Shown piece after piece: positions 57,190 through 64,000 of a stretch of 64,000 nt of DNA. Below the pieces are notes generated by a model. That model saw only the letters and a list, made by a program, of their open reading frames with translations, searched no databases and had not been told where the DNA came from. The position numbers were made by a program, and so were the translations under genes. Position 1 is the stretch's first letter; every line of letters starts with the position of its first letter. Source of the stretch: Cytophagaceae bacterium (GTDB lineage Bacteria; Bacteroidota; Bacteroidia; Cytophagales; JAIYAX01); contig JAIYAX010000006.1 of assembly GCA_027488815.1 (NCBI GenBank), forward strand, positions 34,185 to 98,184, given 5' to 3'.

Positions 57190-58008
57190 TTATAAACCAG
57201 AAATTGTTAAATCTTCTACTGAGTATTTTTCAGCATCTTCATCTGGAATTAATAAGACATGCGCTCTTCCTCTTTCTTTTAAGATTTCACTATCATTAAT
57301 TTTCAATCCGTTTCTTAAATATATCATTGAATAATTAGTGTCTTTAATTCTTTCATTTATCAATCCGGCGTTCTCGAACAACTTTTTACCTGCAAACTCA
57401 TGTAATTCTAAAAAAATCAATGGTCTGAATTCTTTTATCGTATTGATCAAACCCATAATTGCTAAGGATTCAGCCCCCTCAATATCCATTTTAATGAAAT
57501 CTGGCTTGATCTCTTGATTTCGGACATAATCATCCAAACTTAAACTAACCTTATTAATCTCAGTGTTATGATTCATCCTACCTTTACTTAAAGATGCCCC
57601 ACCTGAACTCCCTTCCCAATAAAAAGGGAAGACTAGTCCTGACTGATTTGCGACGACAGCATTTATTATTTTTACTCGATCCAATAAATTATTGTATCCA
57701 GCATTCTTGGTAATTTCCAATACTGCTTCTTCTGAAGCTTCAAATGCATAAATTTTGGCTCTAGGATTTTGGATCGCAATTAAGATTGAAATTAAGCCAT
57801 GATTTGCACCAACGTCTAATATACACTCCTTATTCTTTGAGAATTTTAAAATTGCGCTGTAATCTCTATCGGGCTTAGTGTTTCTTAAATTATAATCTAC
57901 TACCAATTTGAAATCAAACATTATCAGATTGAATCTGCTTATAAGCCCACCAAAAGTGAAAACTAATCTCTTTAGCCTCACTAGATTTTTCTTATTTAAA
58001 AGACTCAT
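57190..58008 (-). CDS. FkbM-family methyltransferase
   Basis: VGANHGLISILIA, FIKMDIEGAE and IFLELHEF are typical FkbM motifs. The preferred ATG at 58008 lies 1 nt after the upstream stop. The ORF track starts at 58038. Confidence 0.8.
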   Translation of the reverse strand: MSLLNKKNLVRLKRLVFTFGGLISRFNLIMFDFKLVVDYNLRNTKPDRDYSAILKFSKNKECILDVGANHGLISILIAIQNPRAKIYAFEASEEAVLEITKNAGYNNLLDRVKIINAVVANQSGLVFPFYWEGSSGGASLSKGRMNHNTEINKVSLSLDDYVRNQEIKPDFIKMDIEGAESLAIMGLINTIKEFRPLIFLELHEFAGKKLFENAGLINERIKDTNYSMIYLRNGLKINDSEILKERGRAHVLLIPDEDAEKYSVEDLTISGL

Positions 58009-58009
58009 T

Positions 58010-58885
58010 CTACTGGCTACTTTTTGTTGATACTGCAATTACACGTTCGCCACCCAGATATAATTTTCCTATGGCCATGGTGAGAAAACCGGGTATAGCC
58101 CTAAGACCTTTTGGGGTCAATGTATAGGCTGATTGGATTTGAATCTGCTTGAAGCCTGTACTCTTTAACAGTCTAGCCATGCTGTCCAAGCCAAAAAATG
58201 ATAGATGATGGATGGATCGAACGTTTCGTTCCCGTACTGTCACACGACCAAAAAGCTGGTCTCTGAAAAACCGGATATTCCGGAACTGATTGGGCACTTC
58301 CACCAAAAAAATGCCACCGGGCTTCAATACCCGATATGCCTCCTGAGCTGAAAGCAAGGGATCTGCCACATGCTCGAATACATGGTGAGAGTGAACAATA
58401 TCGAAGGTGTTTTCCTCAAAAGGTAAACGCTCTGCTGTAGCTTGAATAAGCCTAATACCTCTAAGCGCTGCTTCGTTTACACCATCTACACCGGGCTCCA
58501 CACCCTGTGCCTGTATGCCTGCCTCAAGTGCGGCTTCCACCATGTATCCACTTGAGGCTCCGATATCAAGCAAACTCAAAGTTGCCGGGGGTTTGCCAGA
58601 CATTTGAGTCAACTCTGAAACACGCTTTACAAAAAAAGCTTTTCTCCCGGAAGTAACAGCCCCGTAATTGGCTTTTACATGAGAGTAAGGCATAAGGGTC
58701 TCCGGTACTCTTCCTGCAAAAAAAGCGGCCCTTTCCTGCTCATCCGGTCTGGGATTCATAAACAAGAAGCCACAACTCAGACATTTCTGAACGGCAAGCG
58801 GAGCGATCAGATTGAGGTGGCGGGTGCCATCTTCAAAATCAGACAGGTTGGAGCTTTTACAAATGAGACAAGGGTTAGTTTCCAT
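58010..58885 (-). CDS. Class I SAM-dependent methyltransferase with N-terminal Cys4 zinc-ribbon
   Basis: 291 aa with CLICKS...CLSCGF (4 Cys) followed by SAM motif I LLDIGASSGY. It is noticeably more GC-rich than its neighbours. Confidence 0.75.
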   Translation of the reverse strand: METNPCLICKSSNLSDFEDGTRHLNLIAPLAVQKCLSCGFLFMNPRPDEQERAAFFAGRVPETLMPYSHVKANYGAVTSGRKAFFVKRVSELTQMSGKPPATLSLLDIGASSGYMVEAALEAGIQAQGVEPGVDGVNEAALRGIRLIQATAERLPFEENTFDIVHSHHVFEHVADPLLSAQEAYRVLKPGGIFLVEVPNQFRNIRFFRDQLFGRVTVRERNVRSIHHLSFFGLDSMARLLKSTGFKQIQIQSAYTLTPKGLRAIPGFLTMAIGKLYLGGERVIAVSTKSSQ

Positions 58886-58891
58886 TGTTTG

Positions 58892-59989
58892 TTACCAGGT
58901 TTTAGCGTTGGCTTGTTGTACTTCGATCACTTTACTTTTCTCTTCTATGCCATACCAACCAAGCAATTCATCTACAATTCGCTCTACATCATGATACTGC
59001 TTTACATAAGCTTGAGACTGCTCACCTATTTGCTTTCTGAGCTCCGGGTTTAAAATCAGCTTTTCAAGCACTTCCACCAGATTATGCGGGTCACCATGTA
59101 TGATGGGCAGGTCAGGCCTTGCTGTTTTCCATTTGGGATTGATATTACACACCACCGGCTTGCCCAAGGCCATCAATTCTACAGATACTTTGCCATGCCA
59201 GCCATACAATACCTGGTCAATTCCAATATCACTGGTAGAGTAGTGTTCAAGGATACGATGGTGCGGCAGTTTTTCAGCCAGAACGAGTTCCACATTATGA
59301 CCCCTTTCTTTCAAGGTTTGTATGGCTGCCTCTATAAAATCAGTTCCTTTTTTCCTGCGGCTGCTTGGTGCATGAACAATTCGGATAACTCCGTCTTGCT
59401 GAGACAATGGGGTTGCCTCTGTTTTCCAATAATTGAGATCAATGACCTGAGGAGAGAGTAATGCCTGCGGTACCACTTCAAACAAATCAGGCTCAGAGAC
59501 GAGTACCAAATCGGCATACTTTATCCATTTCTTCAATCGCCTTTGCTGATCAGCCCTGCTCATAGGTACTTCTTGAACAGCAAGCCCACGATTCTTTTCT
59601 CGTAAATAGTCAAAATAGGCAATATCTACCACATCAAGACCACGGAAATGAACCACAATTTTCTTTTTGAACAATTTTAAGATAGGCAGATCCAATAGAT
59701 GGAAACGCCACCAACTCAAAAGGGAAACACCCCAGAAAAAGTGAAAGACTTTGTAATGAGATAATGCCCAACAAAAAAAGAAGAAGCGATCTAAAGCACC
59801 TTTGAATCCTTTTCGATACATCATGATATCGTTCTGATATCCACGAAAATCGTCATTGAAGGCAGCGGAAGTTGCCTGATGCCAGCGTTTGCGAAAGGTC
59901 TCTGCTAACAGTTGCATTTGGCCACCTATTTCATTACCCGCAATCAGAATCCTTTGATTAAGCATATTGTAGTTGTTGATAGCGCTCAA
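58892..59989 (-). CDS. GT-B fold glycosyltransferase (divergent)
   Basis: 365 aa. The C-terminal half carries HGKVSVELMALGKPVVCN (GT1/GT4-like). The N-terminal half is divergent. Alternative ATG at 59965. Confidence 0.55.
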   Translation of the reverse strand: MSAINNYNMLNQRILIAGNEIGGQMQLLAETFRKRWHQATSAAFNDDFRGYQNDIMMYRKGFKGALDRFFFFCWALSHYKVFHFFWGVSLLSWWRFHLLDLPILKLFKKKIVVHFRGLDVVDIAYFDYLREKNRGLAVQEVPMSRADQQRRLKKWIKYADLVLVSEPDLFEVVPQALLSPQVIDLNYWKTEATPLSQQDGVIRIVHAPSSRRKKGTDFIEAAIQTLKERGHNVELVLAEKLPHHRILEHYSTSDIGIDQVLYGWHGKVSVELMALGKPVVCNINPKWKTARPDLPIIHGDPHNLVEVLEKLILNPELRKQIGEQSQAYVKQYHDVERIVDELLGWYGIEEKSKVIEVQQANAKTW

Positions 59990-61133
59990 TCATCTTCGAA
60001 GCATGTACTTCTGCATTGAAGTGACTTTTGATATGTTCGCTTATCACTTTTGAAAGAAATGCTCTTTTCTCAAGCGAAATAAGTGCTTCACAAGCCTGAG
60101 CAAGTGCCGCAATGTCAGAGAACGGAACTATGTAAGGATGCTGGTCTACTGGTAGTAATTCCTTCAAGCCTTCACATTCGAATGCGATTATTGGTAGCCC
60201 GCAGGCCGCTGCCTCCGCTACGCTATTGGGAAGACCTTCCGCTATGCTGGTAGAGACGTAGATATCAGCAAGATGTAATGCGTCAAGTACTTTGCTTAAT
60301 GATTGTTTACCTAACCAGCTAATCTGATCAGACAAACCCAGCGCCTGAGCTGTATATTTAAGCCCTTGTATATCAGGGCCATCCCCTATTATGGTCAGAT
60401 TCGCTTTTATCCCTTTTTTATTCAATTCTTTAAGTAACAGAAGCTGGTATATATACCCTTTCCTCCAGATAATTGCGCCTACCGAAATCAACTTAAGAGT
60501 ATCATCAGCAGGCCTAAGTTCAGGGGACACAGGTCTAAAAAAATCTGTCCGAATGCCATTATAGTTCACCCATAGCTTACTTTCAGATGCTCCTAATTGG
60601 AGGCAATGTTTCTTGATATCTTCAGAAACACAATGTATCATTCCAGCTTTTGAGAAATTAGCCTTGAGTACTTCCGGCCAGCCAGTGATTGTTAATGGAT
60701 AAACAGAAACCTGACTTCCTCGGGCGCTTACCATTAATGGAACTGTAGGAAATGCTTTTTCAAGTAAATCAAGCGTAGATACTTTTAAAAACCATTGGGC
60801 ATGGATTACCGCTATGTCCTGGGCCTGTAATATGGAGATGATACCATTCAATTCTTTTATCCATTGTTTCAATCCATAGCCATGCTTTTTCTTCCAACTC
60901 CATAGCCATGGAACAAGCTTAAGAAATCGAAATAGCCAAATGGGCAAAGTTGACATCAAGCTTAAAGGTTTCTTGGAAATGTATTCAATAGAAGTAGAGT
61001 CGGTATTCGATAATCTTCCATTGTAAAGTACAGTGAGCTTAAGTCCCAAGCGACTAAGCAATGCAATCCTTTGTTCAATAAAAGGAGGGGCTGACTTATT
61101 TAGGCCAATAAAAAGTACCCGTTTATTTGCCAT
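59958..61133 (-). CDS. Family 4 glycosyltransferase
   Basis: 391 aa with SIAEGLPNSVAEAAACGLPIIAFECEGLKELL. Confidence 0.78.
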   Translation of the reverse strand: MANKRVLFIGLNKSAPPFIEQRIALLSRLGLKLTVLYNGRLSNTDSTSIEYISKKPLSLMSTLPIWLFRFLKLVPWLWSWKKKHGYGLKQWIKELNGIISILQAQDIAVIHAQWFLKVSTLDLLEKAFPTVPLMVSARGSQVSVYPLTITGWPEVLKANFSKAGMIHCVSEDIKKHCLQLGASESKLWVNYNGIRTDFFRPVSPELRPADDTLKLISVGAIIWRKGYIYQLLLLKELNKKGIKANLTIIGDGPDIQGLKYTAQALGLSDQISWLGKQSLSKVLDALHLADIYVSTSIAEGLPNSVAEAAACGLPIIAFECEGLKELLPVDQHPYIVPFSDIAALAQACEALISLEKRAFLSKVISEHIKSHFNAEVHASKMIERYQQLQYA

Positions 61134-61911
61134 CCAAAGGCTTCTGTAAAATAGCCACTATGCTCCCACTCCACCATTTTGAGGGATGCCTAAGCAACCA
61201 AGGTTGTAACCAAATTGATAATTTTCTGACAACGACATAGACAGGTTTTTGCCAAAGTTTTAAAGGAGCATGAACCTTATAGCCAAAGCCGCCCATGTAT
61301 TGAAGTCGAATAACTTTAAGTGCATGCCTGCTTGCAAACTGCTGAAATGTTTCCAAATTCATGCATTTCAGGTTATGGGCTTTTTGATTGGCATGGTCAA
61401 GTAAGTTTCCATACCACTCTCGTAAATATCTTTTGTTAGGAATAAAAACAACAATGACTCCTCCGGGTGAGCACCAATTGGCATGCTGGTCTAGTACCTG
61501 TTGATAATTCTCGAAATGCTCAATAAATCCATTAGAGAAGACCCAATCAAATTTTGTGTTAGGCAAATAATTGAAAAAGTCTTCTTGTACATACTCTGCA
61601 TCTTTAACAGTGAGCGTCTGTACGGTTCTGAAAAACTTATCTGTATCACTATTAAAATCAAGACCAGTTGCCTTCAGTTTATATTTAGATGCCAGATAGG
61701 CTAGATATCTGCCTGGGAAAGCACCAATTTCCAAAAAAGTTTTAGGAGGAAACGCTGCGGATGAATAAGCCAAATCCCAAAACTGGTCATACTTTCCTAC
61801 TACAGTATGTATGACTTTGGCATCCTCACTTGAGGCCTGGTAGTATCCTTCCCAATAGGTCTGATCGGTATAATTCAAGCTCTTTTGATCCATAGACCTC
61901 GATAAAGCCAA
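61123..61911 (-). CDS. Class I SAM-dependent methyltransferase
   Basis: 262 aa with SAM motif I FLEIGAFPGRY and post-I GLDF. It overlaps the 3' end of the flippase gene. Confidence 0.7.
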   Translation of the reverse strand: MALSRSMDQKSLNYTDQTYWEGYYQASSEDAKVIHTVVGKYDQFWDLAYSSAAFPPKTFLEIGAFPGRYLAYLASKYKLKATGLDFNSDTDKFFRTVQTLTVKDAEYVQEDFFNYLPNTKFDWVFSNGFIEHFENYQQVLDQHANWCSPGGVIVVFIPNKRYLREWYGNLLDHANQKAHNLKCMNLETFQQFASRHALKVIRLQYMGGFGYKVHAPLKLWQKPVYVVVRKLSIWLQPWLLRHPSKWWSGSIVAILQKPLDGK

Positions 61912-63365
61912 TGAACAATTGCCGGGTTAGGAATAAGTTGTTGTATATCAATCAAAAACAGGCATAAATGAGAATAGAAAATAGACCTTAACAAAATGAG
62001 ATAAATAAATAAAACAACCGGTACACCTAGTATCATATAAACTGGAATTGGTCCAAACCACATCGTATAGAATAACAGGGAAAGTGCAAAGCCAAAAAAC
62101 ATCAAGATATGAGGAACAAGTTCTTTAAAAACCATCATCATACTACTGTTAATTAGCCTTTGGGCCATTGCCATCATCGAAAATGAGCTAACCAACCTCA
62201 TACAAGTTGTAGCAACAGCTACTCCAACTACTCCATAAAAAGAGCCTAAATAGATGGATACTAAAAACATAGGACTAAAGGCTACCAAAAACCAGAAACT
62301 GATGTGAGGTTTCCCCATAGCATTAAACAAAGTACTTGTTGGGCTACTAATTGATCTGGCAAGTGCAAAAATGGACATTAATTGTAAAGGTAAAACTGCA
62401 GGAAGCCATCGTTCTCCATAAAAGATTGTAACAATGGGTTCAGCAAAAAGAATTAACAGGGTATGAAGTGGAAAACTGATGTACCCAAGGTTACGGACCA
62501 TCTTCAAGTAAGCCTCCTTCATTCGCTTTTGCTCATTTCTCATTTTACTGAATGCCGGCATGAGTGCTTCCCCTACTGTAGTTACTACATTGCCGCTTAC
62601 CAAATTAGCAAGCTGAAAAGCTAAAGCATATACACCTAATCCTTCTAACCCAATCCACTTACCTACAATAAGATTATCTCCTTCATTTACCATTTTGCTT
62701 AGAAATCTACCACCTATCAGGTGCCGGGTATAATTAAAAATAGGTTTATAGTAACTAAGCCCGAAACTATTAAATGAAGGTCTCCACCCTGTTTTCCAAA
62801 AAAAAACATAAGCTAGAAATGGAGAAGCTATAGCCTGTGGAATTGCAAGGCTATAAACCCCAAAACCAGCAAAGGCTGCTAAAACTTTACCAATAGCTGC
62901 AACAGACATAGCAACACCACTAATGGCTACAATCGATCGAAAAGCCAGTTCTTTTCTAAGCAAAGCACGAGGCACAGTTGTGCTCATGTCAAAGAAAAAA
63001 TGAATTAAAAGAATCAAAAGTAATGGGTAAATTTTTTCGCTTCCGTACCATTCTGCCCAAAAGGGCCCTAACGCTATTATAGCAATGGCAACTGCAAGGG
63101 AAAGCCATAGGTTAAGCCAAAATGCAGCATTAACCCTTTGTTGTTGATCATCACCTTTGTAAAAAACGACATATTCAGCTATACCGGAGGTAGTAAAACT
63201 ATTAATTAGACTAAGTAAGACACTGCTTATGGCCAGAATTCCAAAATCTTCCTTATTGAGAAGGCGAGCCAGGAAAGCCATCACGACCAAATTGATGAGC
63301 TGTCCTCCTATTTTCCTTATCAACAAAAGTAGTGCGCCGGATGCGACCTTTTGTCCTAGGCCCAT
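61875..63365 (-). CDS. MOP-superfamily polysaccharide flippase (Wzx-like)
   Basis: 496 aa with about 12-14 TM helices and the N-terminal pattern LLLIRKIGGQLINLVVMAFLARLLNKEDFG typical of polysaccharide biosynthesis (Polysacc_synt) proteins. Confidence 0.78.
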   Translation of the reverse strand: MGLGQKVASGALLLLIRKIGGQLINLVVMAFLARLLNKEDFGILAISSVLLSLINSFTTSGIAEYVVFYKGDDQQQRVNAAFWLNLWLSLAVAIAIIALGPFWAEWYGSEKIYPLLLILLIHFFFDMSTTVPRALLRKELAFRSIVAISGVAMSVAAIGKVLAAFAGFGVYSLAIPQAIASPFLAYVFFWKTGWRPSFNSFGLSYYKPIFNYTRHLIGGRFLSKMVNEGDNLIVGKWIGLEGLGVYALAFQLANLVSGNVVTTVGEALMPAFSKMRNEQKRMKEAYLKMVRNLGYISFPLHTLLILFAEPIVTIFYGERWLPAVLPLQLMSIFALARSISSPTSTLFNAMGKPHISFWFLVAFSPMFLVSIYLGSFYGVVGVAVATTCMRLVSSFSMMAMAQRLINSSMMMVFKELVPHILMFFGFALSLLFYTMWFGPIPVYMILGVPVVLFIYLILLRSIFYSHLCLFLIDIQQLIPNPAIVHWLYRGLWIKRA

Positions 63366-63374
63366 TAAAGCACT

Positions 63375-64000
63375 CTATTTGGCATAAAAGGATTTGTACC
63401 AATTTGCAAAGCTTCTTAGGCCTTCATCAAGGGCAAAGTGTGGATCAAAGTCTATCGTTCTCTGTAATTGAGTTATATCAGCAAAAGTTGAGTCGACATC
63501 GCCGGGTTGAGGGGGCAAATACTCAATAATGGCTTTTTTTTCTAAAATACCCTCCAACTTATGGATCATATCCATTACTACTACTGGCTCGGAATTTCCA
63601 ATATTAAGTATCTGGAATGGCATAGTACCTGAGGGATCATTAAGCTTTTTTTCGAGCAATTTCTGAAGCCCTTTTACTAAAGACTCAACATATGTAAAGT
63701 CCCTTTTTAGAAGGCCATTCGCATACACCTTAATAGGTTTATTCTCCAAAATGGCTTTTGTAAACATAAAATAAGCCATATCAGGTCTGCCCCATGGACC
63801 ATATACTGTAAAAAATCGCAAACCTGTGCACGCAATTGAATAGAGGTGTGAATAGGTATAAGCAAAAAGCTCATTGGCCTTTTTTGTAGCTGCATATAAT
63901 GAAATAGGAGAATCGGTCATCTGATTTTCCTTAAAGGGTGCTTCAGCACTGTTACCATAAACTGAACTGCTTGAAGCAAACATCAAATGTTTAACAGGGA
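63375..64000 (-). CDS. NAD-dependent epimerase/dehydratase, UDP-glucuronate 4-epimerase-like (partial, N-terminus beyond the window)
   Basis: The frame stays open to position 64000 (..PVKHLMFASSSSVYG). The SDR catalytic Ser and YAATKKANE (YxxxK) are present, followed by GLRFFTVYGPWGRPDMA, typical of UDP-GlcA 4-epimerases. Confidence 0.8.
   Translation of the reverse strand, partial: PVKHLMFASSSSVYGNSAEAPFKENQMTDSPISLYAATKKANELFAYTYSHLYSIACTGLRFFTVYGPWGRPDMAYFMFTKAILENKPIKVYANGLLKRDFTYVESLVKGLQKLLEKKLNDPSGTMPFQILNIGNSEPVVVMDMIHKLEGILEKKAIIEYLPPQPGDVDSTFADITQLQRTIDFDPHFALDEGLRSFANWYKSFYAK

Overview
The window reads as a chromosomal segment of a Bacteroidota organism, probably a Cytophagia- or Flavobacteriia-like glider. 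Evidence for this is a porP/sprF-gldK-gldL-gldM-gldN type IX secretion and gliding cluster, an XrtF-type exosortase, an atpBEFHAG operon without atpD/atpC, and several TAnnTTTG -7 promoter boxes. Coding density is very high. Only six gaps exceed 100 nt, and one of them holds tRNA-Phe. Positions 1-35.1 kb are mostly housekeeping genes: a GT2 and a WcaJ-like phosphoglycosyl transferase, a membrane Fe-S/CCG operon, an OmpA-family lipoprotein, purM, an M23 peptidase-bactofilin-atpZ-atpI-like-atpBEFHAG string, a PorW/SprE-like TPR lipoprotein, PBP1A, uvrC, the T9SS core, hemD, a WecA-like transferase, a BamA-like OMP and hemW. Positions 35.2-64.0 kb form one uninterrupted minus-strand Wzx/Wzy-type polysaccharide locus of 29 tightly packed or overlapping genes. 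It contains 8 glycosyltransferases, 2 small phosphoglycosyl transferases, 4 methyltransferases, 3 DegT aminotransferases, 3 acetyltransferases, and WbpB-like, WecB-like, AsnB-like and CapK-like enzymes. Its 5' end lies beyond the window. I found no CRISPR array, transposase, integrase, phage genes, toxin-antitoxin pairs or recognisable defence system. The best candidates for something not yet understood are listed here. (1) An exosortase-F pair is translationally coupled into the middle of the diamino-sugar genes, and no sorting-signal substrate is encoded in the window. (2) A sharp base-composition junction falls exactly between two tandem PglC-like transferases, suggesting two fused glycan cassettes. 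(3) An AsnB-like/CapK-like pair sits in the AT-rich core of the locus. (4) A conserved but uncharacterised HdrD/DsrMK-like membrane Fe-S operon is coupled to a single-Cys protein. (5) A unique G8 tract lies inside gldN. All functional calls rest on motif recognition by eye, and no database search was run.
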